A DNA stretch of 64,000 nt, taken from IMG/VR virus record IMGVR_UViG_3300047994_000025, positions 3,360 through 67,359 of that record, one strand, 5' to 3'. Both the position numbers and the translations under genes were made by a program. The notes under the pieces were generated by a model that saw only the letters and a program-made list of their open reading frames with translations, made no database searches and was not told the origin of the DNA. This document shows, piece by piece, positions 21,401 through 33,280 of the stretch. The first letter of the stretch is position 1. Each line of letters opens with the position of its first letter. This stretch comes from a virus.

Positions 21401-21873
21401 CGGATGGGACCGGGATAGTTATTACTGGTACGAATGCCATTGTTACGACTGCCGCAAGTCGTGGACGGTCGACCAGAGTGTCGGCAAAGCACCGTGCAAG
21501 CTGAAGGTCGAACGGGTTGACTATTTGGCGAACCCGGAGAAAATCGCACTGTTGATCAAAGTGGAAGAATGTCGATGAAAGAGCTATGCGAAGGCGAAGC
21601 GCTGTTGATTATCACCCTTCGTATTGCGATCGAACTCGGCATGTACTTTTCGTATCAGGGTGAAATCTGGTACGATCCATACGAACTAGCTTATTGGGGA
21701 GCCTGATCACGATGCTAGACGAAGTTCCGAATTGGCGAGCCGGTCACTACGTTCGTTTCGAAGATATTGAATTCATGGTGACCGATATCCGGTACAACGA
21801 CGAATATAACCGGTTCGAATACCGACATGGTCCGCGCTGGTATAATCAAAAGCACTTGGTGTTCGTGCGTTAA
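18442..21873 (+). other. Island of ~13 small hypothetical ORFs between portal and TerL
   Basis: Promoter TTGACA at ~18385, AACGGAGA RBSs (~18426, ~19814), coupled ORFs e.g. 18442-18723, 19829-20080, 20081-20380, 20384-20581, 21088-21276, 21273-21578. Confidence 0.7.
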
Positions 21874-23348
21874 CCCGCCATCGGAACAGCCACAGGCGCG
21901 GCGAGCGCGTAAATCTTTTCGGGCGTTTCGACAAAGACGCGGTGCGCGTTCGACACCGCGTCGACTTGGTCTTTCCACTTACCACCGGGGAACATGCACA
22001 GTTCGTCAATGAAGGCGTCGTTCCAATCCGCGACCAGAATGTCGACGTTCCCGGCTTCACACTGTGCGGCGAACGGCAAGGCGCGCTCTTCCTTGTCGCC
22101 CATTTCCTTCTTAGCCTTGATGTTGAAACCGTCCATATGTTGGATGATGTCTTTCGCCTGATACTTGCCGCCCGCGCCGGGGTCTTGCGGGATGAAGATT
22201 TCAACGTTCCCGTATTGGTTCTTATCCGACGTGCCTTGCGCCTTCATATTCGTGCGCACCGTGTGTGACTCTTCTTGAAACCGCGTAACGTGCGCGACGA
22301 TGTACCGACCGCCCGCCATCTTGCCGAGCAACACACCGCACGTGTAAGCCGCGTTCGCATCCTTCGTCGCCGCCAAGTCCCACCAGCGAACCCAACGCAC
22401 GTTTTTCGGTAGTTCGTTGACGAAGCAACCGTCGAACCACGAACGTTTGAACATGCCACCGTCGCGCGGTACTGGTCGTTGCTGAAGCTGACCGGCTGTC
22501 GCATACGCACCAAGGATACGTTCAAGAGCATCGACCGCACGTTCGCTGTAACGCTCCGGGAAGAGCAATTCACCGTCGACCGTTCGCCAGTCGAGCGGAT
22601 CAGGACGTTCGGCGTCGAAGCGCATCGGCAAGATCACACACCGATAACCAAACCGATCGGGTTCCGCCAAGATGATACCGGACGGATCGACTTCGTTCAG
22701 TCGTTGCATGATCATGATGATCGCCGACTCGTCGTTGTTGATACGAGTCGGAAGCGTTTCACGGAAAATACGTGCGGCTTCGGTCAGGTGCGCCGGACTG
22801 TTCGCGTGTTCAGCCGATAGCGGGTCGTCAATGATGACGAAGTCGGAACGTCGACCGGTCAGCGAACCGAACGGCATTGCCTGACGAAAGCCGCGATGTT
22901 CGTTTTCAAAGATCGTCTTCGCGTTCTGGTCGGCGGCGAGCTTCAGCGGCCACCGTTCCTGATACCATTCGCTTTCCACGATGATACGCATTTTACGCGC
23001 GTCGCGGATCGCCAAGCCTTGTTCGTGCGCCGCGCCGGTGAACGACTTCGACGGGTTGATCGTCCATACCCATGCCGGGAACATGACCGACGTAAGAATC
23101 GACTTCATCGTTCCGGGCGGAACGTTCATCAGCAATCGTGGTTGAAAGCCCGGTTCGAACAAGACACGTTCAAGCTCGCCGCACATCACGTCAAGGACAT
23201 GACCCCATACAAGCTTTGTCGACGGTTCGATGATCGGCCATGCGCGCTTGACGAATTCGGTTAAGCTTATGCATTCGCGCCGATCACGTTCGATCCGGAC
23301 ACGCTTCAACTCCCCGGCGATGTCGTTCGGTATCGCGAATTGCAGCAT
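21870..23348 (-). CDS. terL: Terminase large subunit
   Basis: Walker A NVPPGTMKS, Walker B VIIDDP, nuclease WDLAAT and DQVDA. Confidence 0.95.
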   Translation of the reverse strand: MLQFAIPNDIAGELKRVRIERDRRECISLTEFVKRAWPIIEPSTKLVWGHVLDVMCGELERVLFEPGFQPRLLMNVPPGTMKSILTSVMFPAWVWTINPSKSFTGAAHEQGLAIRDARKMRIIVESEWYQERWPLKLAADQNAKTIFENEHRGFRQAMPFGSLTGRRSDFVIIDDPLSAEHANSPAHLTEAARIFRETLPTRINNDESAIIMIMQRLNEVDPSGIILAEPDRFGYRCVILPMRFDAERPDPLDWRTVDGELLFPERYSERAVDALERILGAYATAGQLQQRPVPRDGGMFKRSWFDGCFVNELPKNVRWVRWWDLAATKDANAAYTCGVLLGKMAGGRYIVAHVTRFQEESHTVRTNMKAQGTSDKNQYGNVEIFIPQDPGAGGKYQAKDIIQHMDGFNIKAKKEMGDKEERALPFAAQCEAGNVDILVADWNDAFIDELCMFPGGKWKDQVDAVSNAHRVFVETPEKIYALAAPVAVPMAG

Positions 23349-23454
23349 TTCGAATGATAAATACGCGGTGGATGTCGAATTGTCAAAGAAGGGGTGTTGA
23401 CAGGCGACAACGGAACGACATATAAACGGTCATCAACCACGGAGAATCAAGGCA

Positions 23455-24989
23455 ATGAAGAAGTCTGAAACACGCGAAGCCGCCCGCCTTGCACTTGTAC
23501 GTTTTGTGCATCTCGGCAAAGAGGAACGCGACACAGCCGATTATTCAACCGTTGTTTATCGTAACGAATGCCAGATCATCGTTACGTTCGTCAGCCCCAC
23601 TAAGCGTAATCCGGATCGTCTGACGCAGCACGTTTACAGCATTGATTGCAAGTTCCAGTACGCAACATCATTCTAAGGTGACCAGCATGTTCCGACAGAT
23701 ACACCCCGTCAGCGGGGAAACGATCAGGGAAGGCGTGACGGCTGACGATATCATTCGCCACTGTGTATTTGCGAACGACCGCACGCTTCCGTCAATCGTC
23801 GCACGGATCGTCATCGAAATCGAAGCCGGTCGAATGACGGGTCAGATCGAATGCGACGACGGCACCGTATGGGCGAAGGATTAGTCACTTGGTAAACGCC
23901 CGTCACGGCGCGGCGCTTATCCGGTCACTGATGGCCGATAACGAAAGGGAAAAACATACATGCGTAAAACTGCAATGATCGCGCTTTCCATGGCGCTTCT
24001 GATGTCCGGTTCTGCTATGGCCGCGCCGTCTTGCACACTGGTCACGTGGGTCGACACGGGTTGCACCGTGGACAACGGCGGGTTCGGATCGACCGACTCG
24101 AACGGGCTTCAGATCGGCGATGTATCGGCACCAGCCGCGCCGAGTGCACCAAGCGTCGAACCGTCCGCACCATCGGAAGAGCCGAGCGTTGACCCGACCC
24201 CCGGCGACGACGAACCTTCGGAGCCTTCCGACCCGACTCCGGGCGATGATGACGGTGACGACGGCGACACGGGCGGTTCGGTTCCCTCGACGCCGATCGG
24301 TCCGGCACACCCGACCCATCCGTCGCATCCGACGCACCCGACGCATCCGGGCCGCAAGTAACAACAGATAGGGGCGCGAATGCCCCTTCAATCTTTCACA
24401 GGTGACGGACCATGAAACCTTTTATCATCGCACCAGCCGTCCGACTGACACATCCCGAAGCACTCGTGCACCGACAAGAGCTTGTTCCGCAAACGCTGAA
24501 CCAACAGTACGGTTCTATGTATCGCGTCGACCTGAAGCTTGACCCGGACACATTCGCGAAGGTGACAAAGTCGCTGTTCGCCGAACGTCAAAAGATCGGT
24601 CGTGCGCTCCGTCCGCGTAACAATCGGATCAGCATCAAGAACTTCGACGGCTCGGCGGGGTACGAAGTGTACGACGAAAAGATCGGCAACCGCGTGCGAT
24701 ACGTGACGAAGCTTTACAGTCATGGGATGTTCATCACGCGACTGGTCAGCAAGCGTAGGAAGCTCGCAATCGCAAAAGGTCAGGATTGGCTCATATGACC
24801 GAAGGTTTCGTATCACACCCTACATCGGGTGAAACTGATGTCGCGATCCTGAAGGCGCATAACGACAAAATGGCGCGGGCGTTGCTCATGGTCCTTGAAG
24901 ACTGGTGGCCGCTGGTACACGATCGGACATCGCGCTTCACTGTCGCAGCGCAAGGCGATATCGTTCGGAAGGCGTTGAACAATGAATGA
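23455..24989 (+). other. Counter-oriented island of five ORFs between TerL and TerS
   Basis: TTGACA (23397)...TATAAA (23421) promoter and ACGGAGA RBS; ORFs 23455-23676, ~23687-23884, 23960-24361, 24412-24798, ~24795-24989. Confidence 0.7.
23960..24361 (+). CDS. Secreted Pro/Asp-rich protein with C-terminal His-Pro repeats
   Basis: Signal peptide MRKTAMIALSMALLMSGSAMA; DPTPGDD x2; HPTHPSHPTHPTHPG. Confidence 0.75.
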   Translation: MRKTAMIALSMALLMSGSAMAAPSCTLVTWVDTGCTVDNGGFGSTDSNGLQIGDVSAPAAPSAPSVEPSAPSEEPSVDPTPGDDEPSEPSDPTPGDDDGDDGDTGGSVPSTPIGPAHPTHPSHPTHPTHPGRK

Positions 24990-25262
24990 CGCCGAGCGCG
25001 CCGAGATTGTCCGAAAGTCGATAGTTGATCACTTGACCCGCTAAACGGCGCAATACTCCCCGTCACCCTGCAAATTCATCCACGTGTGAAGGTCCGTCAT
25101 ATCGTACGGACCTTCTTCATTGAAAGCGTCCCACAAAGCGCGCAATTCGTCCCGGCTCATATGCTGAAAAAGACGCTTCAATCGTTCTTCTTCGCAAGCA
25201 CGACGTATGATGTCACCTAAAACCATGCTTCAAACCCATACAGATCGTCACAGGCGCGTTTT

Positions 25263-25928
25263 CTAACCTTCGGCGGGCTTAGACGCCATCGCGATCAAGA
25301 ACGCTTCGTATGCGCTCAATTGTTCAGGCGTCATATTTGCGATGTCCGGCCCGGTCGTTTCGATCTTGCCGCTGTGGTCGACCTTCTCCGTGATCAAGCC
25401 GAGCATCTTCGCCATGTCCATCATGACGGCGCGCTTGTCGTGTAGCTTGATCTTCACGCCTTCCTTGGTGTTCCCGATTTCCATGACGCTGTACGACGCG
25501 TTGCGCGTCAGGTCGTCGGACGGGATAAGCTGAACACCCGCCGAGACGATCAATGCGCCGTCCTTGGCGCGTCTTTCGCTGGTCTCCGGACCCCATTCCG
25601 CAACGTCGCGCATGTCGGTGTCCACCATGCGACGCATGCGTTCTAGCAACCAATCCCGATCGACTTCCGAACGATCGAACAGTTCTTGCTTGGCGAACCT
25701 GATCCGACGTTTGATCTTCGGACGCTGCAACAACGCATAGCCGATCTGGCTAGCTCCGGTTTCCGAATAACCCGCTTCACGTGCCGCCTTGGTGGCTGAC
25801 CAGTGCACGACGTACCGTTGAACGAACAGTTCTTGCTTTGCGGTCAATCCTTCGTCGTTCTCGACTTCCGGTTCAGGTGCGCCGACCCCCGGAAGGTTCG
25901 TCACCGTCACACCCGGCAGATTCGCCAT
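25263..25928 (-). CDS. terS: Terminase small subunit
   Basis: LTAKQELFVQRY...ATKAAREAGYS...KIKLHDK. Confidence 0.92.
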   Translation of the reverse strand: MANLPGVTVTNLPGVGAPEPEVENDEGLTAKQELFVQRYVVHWSATKAAREAGYSETGASQIGYALLQRPKIKRRIRFAKQELFDRSEVDRDWLLERMRRMVDTDMRDVAEWGPETSERRAKDGALIVSAGVQLIPSDDLTRNASYSVMEIGNTKEGVKIKLHDKRAVMMDMAKMLGLITEKVDHSGKIETTGPDIANMTPEQLSAYEAFLIAMASKPAEG

Positions 25929-25929
25929 T

Positions 25930-26317
25930 TTACATACTCCAACCCGTTTTCTGTATTTCCCTATACATAATCACAAACCAAGGAATTGACAACGGCGTCA
26001 CGAGACGTCTTAGGAATCGCGACTTTTCAAAGTTCGTGACATCGTTGTTTTTGCAAGCTTTTCGATCCAAAAACACAGTCTGAATTAACTTGATGACACA
26101 AACTTTTACTCCCCTACTACATAATATGTACATACGATTCATATTATTAAATACTATATGTACATATTTCTTACCTACTGAATATAAATAACTTAGTATA
26201 GAGTCATGGAGAAGAAAAAGATCAATGATTTCAACAATGTCACGAACTTTCCTTTCGTGACGCAACGTGTCATGTCGTGACGCCTATTGACAATCACGTA
26301 AAGGGACGGTTAGAACC
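25930..26317. other. AT-rich non-coding region with GTCACGA repeats (candidate packaging site or origin)
   Basis: Strong AT tract ~26080-26230; GTCACGA/TCGTGAC at ~25997, 26034, 26239, 26255, 26275; divergent transcription on each side. Confidence 0.5.
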
Positions 26318-26731
26318 TTGAATATGATTAAGAATTTGACAACCGGTGCAACTTACACAGACGCCACGGAAGCCGCCAGAGCCCTTGGAGTCACGAAAAG
26401 ACATGTACATAATTGTCTGAACGGCTATTACGTACACATTAATGGGAACCGTTTACGCACGATGAAGCCCCCTATAAAATCAAAAATTTGTACACGTCCC
26501 GATTTGGCGAAACCTGTTCGGTGTATCGATAACGGCAGAACGTACACATCCCAAGCGAGCGCGGCACGTGGTGCAAGGGTTCCTGAAGAAGTGATGTCGC
26601 GTCATCTGAACCGGATCGGTCATCGTTTGATCAACGGTATGATGTACGAATATGTACATAAGCGCGATCGTCCGGAGCCACCGACGCCGAAGGGCTTGGA
26701 GCGCTGCAATACGCGAGACCTTTTCAGATGA
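26318..26731 (+). CDS. Tandem NUMOD1-like HTH DNA-binding protein
   Basis: TGATYTDATEAARALGV and KPVRCIDNGRTYTSQASAAR repeats; no nuclease motif seen. Confidence 0.7.
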   Translation: MNMIKNLTTGATYTDATEAARALGVTKRHVHNCLNGYYVHINGNRLRTMKPPIKSKICTRPDLAKPVRCIDNGRTYTSQASAARGARVPEEVMSRHLNRIGHRLINGMMYEYVHKRDRPEPPTPKGLERCNTRDLFR

Positions 26732-27090
26732 GTAAGGCGCTAAGGCTGAATGAAGGCGGGAAGATTTTCCGATCGGCGGCAGCTTGTGCCGCATGGCTCG
26801 GGGTCACGCGCTCGGCTGTAACGAACCATTTGAAGGGACGCGCACCGACCGTCAAGGGCTTCACGATTTCATATATACAGTCGGTGCCGCATAGATTCCC
26901 CCCGGCTACACATCCGCCGAAACGGATCATCTTCGGCGACGACGGGCGGTTCTATCTGACATATTCGGAAGTGGCGCGGGCGAACGGTATAACCCCGGCG
27001 AAGGCTCGGTCTATCATTCTGTCACAGCCTGACGGCGTGTTCCGCATGCCGAAGCCTAAGAAGGCATACACCGGCGATCTGTTCTCTTAA
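26728..27090 (+). CDS. Second NUMOD1-like HTH DNA-binding protein
   Basis: GKIFRSAAACAAWLGVTRSAVTNHL and GRFYLTYSEVARANGI. Confidence 0.65.
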   Translation: MSKALRLNEGGKIFRSAAACAAWLGVTRSAVTNHLKGRAPTVKGFTISYIQSVPHRFPPATHPPKRIIFGDDGRFYLTYSEVARANGITPAKARSIILSQPDGVFRMPKPKKAYTGDLFS

Positions 27091-27098
27091 CATGAAGC

Positions 27099-27130
27099 GG
27101 CCCGGACGCTGTGTGCGGACGTCCGGGCCT
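27099..27130. terminator. GC-rich hairpin between convergent genes
   Basis: GGCCCGGACG...CGTCCGGGCC inverted repeat. Confidence 0.45.
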
Positions 27131-28060
27131 TCGGCGATCCCACGGGGTGGTTTGCGGGTCAGCCGAGTCTGAATATCTCGCACATACGATTAACCGATAC
27201 ACGTTCGTACATGGCGAGTGGTGCGCCGGTCACATGGTCGCGGAACGATACATTGAACAAGCCGTCACGAACACTTGTGATCTTCACAACCGCATTGGAA
27301 AGACGGAACAACAAACCATCGTCTTCCGCACACAGATCGGACGCATCAACGGCGGACACGAAACGCCCGCCGCCTAGCTGGTAGAGAATGACATTAGCGA
27401 CATTCATTCGGATGTCTCCCCTTGCCGAACCCGGCGATTATAAGCCGTTCCGCATATAGGAGTCAAGAATTTTTCGAGAAGGTCGGCTAACTCCTTGTCA
27501 GTCAAGTCAATGGTTCCTTTCCGTTCCTAAGCGCCCGCTGACCCTTTAACGGTCTCATGACCGGATCGATTCCTTTCATGCGCGCCAATCTTTTCAAGAC
27601 CCTACATGCCTTCGGGTGGTCGACGTAATGATGCTTACCGTTTTTCCCGATGATGTATGCGTTACGACCCCCGCGTTCGTCGCGAAGATCGATTCGAAGG
27701 CCGAGCGTTGAAGCCAGTTGCAAGGGTGACCATTCGTCAAACACGGATGAACTTCCCCGGTGCGTAGCAAAACATTTCATGTGCCTGATTGACGAAGCCG
27801 CCAAGCTGACCAGCCGAGTTTGTGAGAAGGATAGACGCGGCGGCGATCTGCGAACGCTCTTCGTGTGCCGAGCCATCAACGGTGCATACGCGGAAACCGC
27901 GACCGTTAAGAGCCTTCACACGAACCTTGATACCGTGGGCGGCAAAGGCGTTCTTGATTTCGTTGCTGGTCATGTCCGTAAAATCTCCGTTTCAATGACT
28001 ACGTTTATAAGCTGTTTCGGTGCGGATCGTCAAGCGAAAATCCGCACCGGGTTCAACGTT

Positions 28061-28900
28061 TTATTCGTTCCTGTAAAGCGCCGATTCGTCCCAACCGCGA
28101 AGCATGAAGTCGTCTTTCGCGCGTGCCGCCTTGACGGGCGTCTTGCTGCAAAACTTGTCCCACATGTTCGCGAACAGGCTGTACGTCTTGAAGTCGGCGC
28201 GGCGGATACCCTTCGCCCGTTCCTTGATCAGCATTTCACGGAGCGCGTGCGCCGCATCGCCCTTGTAATCGGGAACCCCCGTCTTGAAGACTTGCACGAA
28301 CGCATTGGCTCGGTCCGCTTCGTTCTGAAGCGTCGCGCCGACGTAGTGAATTGCCGCTAGGATTGCCGGTCGCGCTGGTGACGAATTCAGCGTCAAGGTT
28401 GCGCTTTCGATAATGCCCGGATGAAGCTCCATCAGGTGCACGTATTCCGCCGCCGTAGGTGTTGCCGCAAGGTCTTGCTTTGCGAAGATCACAAGGTTAC
28501 GGATCGCCGCCGAAACGGCCTTGCCGCCTTGCACACCGTACGTCATGGTCAGCGTGTCGCCGATGTTTCTCGGTCTGCCGCGATCAATGGTTAACTGATC
28601 TTCCCGGTCGACGCCGGTGATCAGAACCGTTTGAAACGTCACGTCGGCAATGACACACGCCGTCAGGCGGTGCTGACCGTCCTTCAACTCCCCGTCGACA
28701 CCGATTCGGATCGCGTCACCATTCAAGCGCCACTTGCCTTGTTGCATGTCACGCACCATCGCGGCGACCGCATTCTTTGAAATGGTTCTGTTTTTTGGAT
28801 TGGCGGAAAGAAGACGTGTGGCCCACTCCGGAGTCATGGTTACGATTGTAACATTTCGTGATTCTTCAACCGGCAGTTCTTTTTTTGCTACGTTTTTCAT
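28061..28900 (-). CDS. ParB-like / DGQHR-motif protein
   Basis: NRTIS...MVRDMQQGKWRLNGDAI...DGQHRLTA...IDRGRPR. Confidence 0.75.
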   Translation of the reverse strand: MKNVAKKELPVEESRNVTIVTMTPEWATRLLSANPKNRTISKNAVAAMVRDMQQGKWRLNGDAIRIGVDGELKDGQHRLTACVIADVTFQTVLITGVDREDQLTIDRGRPRNIGDTLTMTYGVQGGKAVSAAIRNLVIFAKQDLAATPTAAEYVHLMELHPGIIESATLTLNSSPARPAILAAIHYVGATLQNEADRANAFVQVFKTGVPDYKGDAAHALREMLIKERAKGIRRADFKTYSLFANMWDKFCSKTPVKAARAKDDFMLRGWDESALYRNE

Positions 28901-30529
28901 GTGGATAACCCCTTGATCTGTCGGAATTGACAGTAAGCAACAAATTATAGTGCTTGACTAAAATTTCAAGGGAAAATATTAGCCGCTTCGGTTATGGTTT
29001 ATGAAAGGGCTTGAACATGACTCCATGGTCTAACGAAATTCCCGGCAAGCATCCCCTGAAACTTACGTCGAAAGTACGGGTTCAATACCGCGACGGTAGT
29101 ATCAGCCAGCATCTTTCAACGGTGCGCGATCACCACGGAATCGGCGACGAAAGTAGTAATTGGTTCAGCGCCGGAGAACCTGAAGACATCGTCGCATATG
29201 AGGAAATCGCCGCATGAGTCAGCACTGTCGCGCGAACCCCTGTTGCGGTGACATACCGTGTTCAGGTATTCCAATTCCACAACACGCATCTGGATTGACT
29301 TTTCATAATCCGCCCGGTGTTAGGTTTGACGATAAGAACCGCGCAATCGTTGGTGTCGTGGTTGACGATCCCGCCGTTATCGGTGAAATGAACGGCGTTA
29401 AGTTTTACGACCCGTGGCACGTCCGGAACGAATTCCCGTCGTGCAAATGCGACGCCAGCGGCACGCATCAAGTCACGGTCGTTCGTGAAGTCACCACGAC
29501 GTACAAGTTCTATGTCGCGCCGGGTCAAGACCCACACGAAGCGTTCGATAATTACGTCAAGGCGATGGGCGTGCAACGGATCATCAGGAAATCGGAGCCG
29601 CGTAAAGCATGAACAACGTCGTAACGCCGTTCGGTAATCCGCTGGTGCACCGAGTATCGGCAGCAACGAACAAGATGGAATTGGCACGCTGTGCCAAGGA
29701 CGCGAACCCCGGAAACATCACGTACGCGTTTGATTACCACCGGGCGAAACAAGAACGTGAAGCGGCAATCCTAGCGCTCCGCGCAACCTTCAAACTAGTA
29801 TGGGTAAACCCCGATGTTAAGTAAGAACGAAGCGGAATGCCTGACCGCGTGGTCGAACACCGTCGAAGAGTGGGACGTCTTGTCGTTCAAGCTCATCGGC
29901 GAACAGTGCACGCTTGATAAGACGCTGATCCGTCGAACCGTACGCGCATTGGCGCGTAAGGGATACACCGTCTTCGTGCGCGGATGCATGAACGACGAAG
30001 GAATGGTATGCGGTAGCGGATACGCGTTGACCGCCAAGGGAAGACAACATGTCACAGGCTAACATTCTAAACATTCTCAAAGACCCGTACGTTCAGCAAC
30101 ATGGTATCACCATTGATGAACTGTGCGATCGTCTCTATCGCGATGACCCGCAAGGCGGACCGTCGCATCCGCACGACTCGGCACGCGTGATGATCAGCCG
30201 CTTGAAGAGCAAGGGTTACAAGATCACAAACCAGTTCATCGGGCGCGGCAACAAAGCGGCGTACCGTTTGAGTATCGGCAAGGAAGCGCTGACACTCGGT
30301 TTGCGTTATGCGCGTGAAGCGCACCGTCTAGCCGGAATGACGCTCGGTCACCTGTCGCAACAGCTTGACCCGACACAGATGGAAGAAGCGAAAACCCGGT
30401 ACGCCGAAATCGCCGAGCATATTCGCATCATCGAAACGGAGATTAACGCCGTATGACCGAGTACACCGACGCAGAATTCCGAAGGTTCGATCGCCTCACA
30501 CGGGAAACCGGAAGCCGCGATCAGGTCGT

Positions 30530-30817
30530 TACGATGATGTTGACGCGGTCATTACAAACCCGCCTTGGTCGCGTCCGATCCTTCATGCGATGATCGTTCA
30601 CTTTGTCGAGACGGCGCACGAATGCTGGCTTCTCTTCGATTCGAACTGGTGGAACACGCAACAATCTGTACCGTTCGCGAAGTGGTGTACGGACATCGTT
30701 CCGATCGGGCGCGTCAGGTGGATCGACGGCACGAAGAACGACGGCAAAGACGATTGTTCATGGTATCGGTTCAGCGCCGACTCGAGCGGTCAAACTATTA
30801 TTCATCCACGGTGTTGA
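30530..30817 (+). pseudogene. C-terminal remnant of an amino (N6A/N4C) DNA methyltransferase
   Basis: VDAVITNPPWSR...WLL...PIGRVRWI...GKDDCSWY present; no SAM-binding motif I and no credible in-frame start upstream. Confidence 0.65.
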
Positions 30818-33280
30818 CACCCGACGACGAAACAGCTTATGACCATTGCCAGTGAAACGGAGAATCACACAATGCTTGAACGGTTTGACGAACTCGCCAG
30901 TTTGGCGCGTATTTACGTTGAAGACGGCGCACCGCTAACAGCGGCGAAAAAGTTGAAACAACTTGCTGAAGAACTTGAAGAGTTCGACCGGCAGAAAACC
31001 GCAACACTGAAGAAAATTCGACGTCGCCGGGGGTCTTGACAATGGCACGGAGACACATAGTCGGGTTGGATGACTTCAGAAGTCACACCCTTGACGGAAC
31101 GTTGGCGGGCGATAGCCGCGCCGGTAAGCGTCTTGATGTCGAATATTTCGTCGCGAATATGACGGCTCGATATCACCTTCACATCGCGGGCGAACAGCTT
31201 CAGACCTTCGATTCGTTCGAAGACGCGATCACCGCTTATAATGAGGTAGGATGATGATCAAACAGCTTAATTGGTCGGAAGATTGCGACGGTGATTTCAC
31301 CGCATCAAGCGTATTCGGTGCGTATGGTGTGTTTCGCGGTGGTCATCGTACGCACAACATGTACACGCCTTCGGCAAATAATCCGAAAGTCTTTGATGCC
31401 GGGAAACTACGGGGTTGGTTCTGCTATGCGATCCACCGTGGCGCTTTCATCATGTGCCAGCCGACCAAGTGGCGGGAGATTCCGGAATGACCGATTCATG
31501 TCATCCTTCCCATGTTACGCGCGCTAGTGACGCTAGTACGTTTGATGAAGTTTGCACCAATTGTGGCGCGACAGACATCGCCGGTGGCGGGTGGGGTAAA
31601 CTCGCAGAACCGTGCGTACTTGCTTCACGTCACAATGATTCAACCGGCGAATGCGAAAGCGTTGATGTCGAACCGACAAAAGTCGCACAGCTTCGCGAAA
31701 AAATAAGCAACCGCCCGACTGTCACAATGTCGGCGGTCAAGGTGCTGGCAATCCGTGACGCGCTGATCGCCGAAGACTATGAAGAAGCGTATCACCAGCT
31801 TTACGGCGCGGTCGATCCGACATTCACCAAACTTGAACCATGGGCTGAACTCGAAAGGATTCGTGATGAAATACGAAGGACGTGACCCATACGGGAAGAA
31901 GATCGTCGGCACTCTTCACAAGGAGTGGTCAAACGGTATCACCATCGAATACGAAAACGGTGTTCGGGAGTTCATCAACAAGGAACGGGTGATTGGTCCC
32001 GTTGTCGAACAGTATTCGGGGGATTTGTTCAAATGAGCGAACGCATTATCGGCGTAGCGGTGCGCCTTGACGGCGAAGTCTACCCACTTCTAGCGCCTGC
32101 TAGGCACGGTCAGGCTATCCGCCTGATCACTGCTTGCATGCCCGATGACCCTGACGCCGGGTTGAAGGCCGAACAGGGTTTCGTCACGGATCGCGCCCGG
32201 TTCGTGACGCGCGAAGAAGCGCGAGAACTGGTCAAGTCGTTCATGAAAGAAACCAGCATGTGGAGCAGTGTCATGAGTAGCTACGTGACTCGAATGTCCG
32301 TGGTGCGGAAAACGTACCCGCGCGCCGAGAACCACGGGGAACCGGATAACCCGGAGCCGTCACGCCATCCGACCGAACTGTTCAGCGAGGATTTGTGGTA
32401 ACGTGACCGGTCCGCAACTTTTCAGGTGTGACCGCTGTTGTCGCCCGTACGCCCGCAAAGACTTCGCTTGTCCGACATGTCCTGATCCGATCAAGGAGCT
32501 TGTCGCCGAACGCTACGTCGGCGCGGAACACTTGACGACGCGGGAACTGATCGAACTGCGTCGTTCCGTGTGTATCGAACTGTACGAAAAGCATCACCTG
32601 TATTACTCGCACATTGCGAAGTACATGAACAGCGACCCGTCGACCGTCAAGTACCTGATCAATTCGAAGCCGAAGAAAGGCTATCCGATACTTGAAGTTT
32701 TAACGGAGCCGATGCGAACGAAACAGGTCGCGAAAGCGATCGGTTCAGCCGAAGAATGGACGCGTTTGAAGCTTCACGAATTGCTTGATTTACGTCGTGT
32801 TAAGCGTCGTGCCGATGGCCTATGGACAAGGGTTTAAAAACAGCATATAAACGACTCACTCAAACGGGAGTGATTGCAATGCTGTTGATTACCGCTGTAA
32901 CTATCGTTGCGATCGTTTTCGTTATCGCAACACCAAGAAAGGGATTCTAATGTTCAAGGAGAACATGACGGAAGAGCGTCACAAGCGCTTTGTCGAAGTC
33001 GTTATGCGCAACGGTGAATGGGAAGGTTACGCGATCCGTGACTTTCACGTCACGTCCGAACCTGACGGCACGGTGACGGTCGTTTGGAGCGGCGACAAGC
33101 TGGCACGCACGCCGGAAGAACACGAAGCGCTGACGATGCAACTTCAGTTCGCGCTGAACGGCTACCGGAAGCGTTTGAAGGAATGGCGTGAACAGTCGGA
33201 ACGTTGCGACGAATACGCGCAAACGTACCTTGAATGCATCAACGACACCAAGCTTCAGGCGCGTCGCATGGGGGTGACTC

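Noticed and set aside
25930-26265. 111-aa minus-strand ORF across the AT-rich tract
   Set aside because: Atypical composition for this genome and no RBS noticed; more likely non-coding
28061-28900. DGQHR motif as evidence of a Dnd phosphorothioation system
   Set aside because: No other dnd genes; the motif context fits stand-alone phage ParB-like proteins
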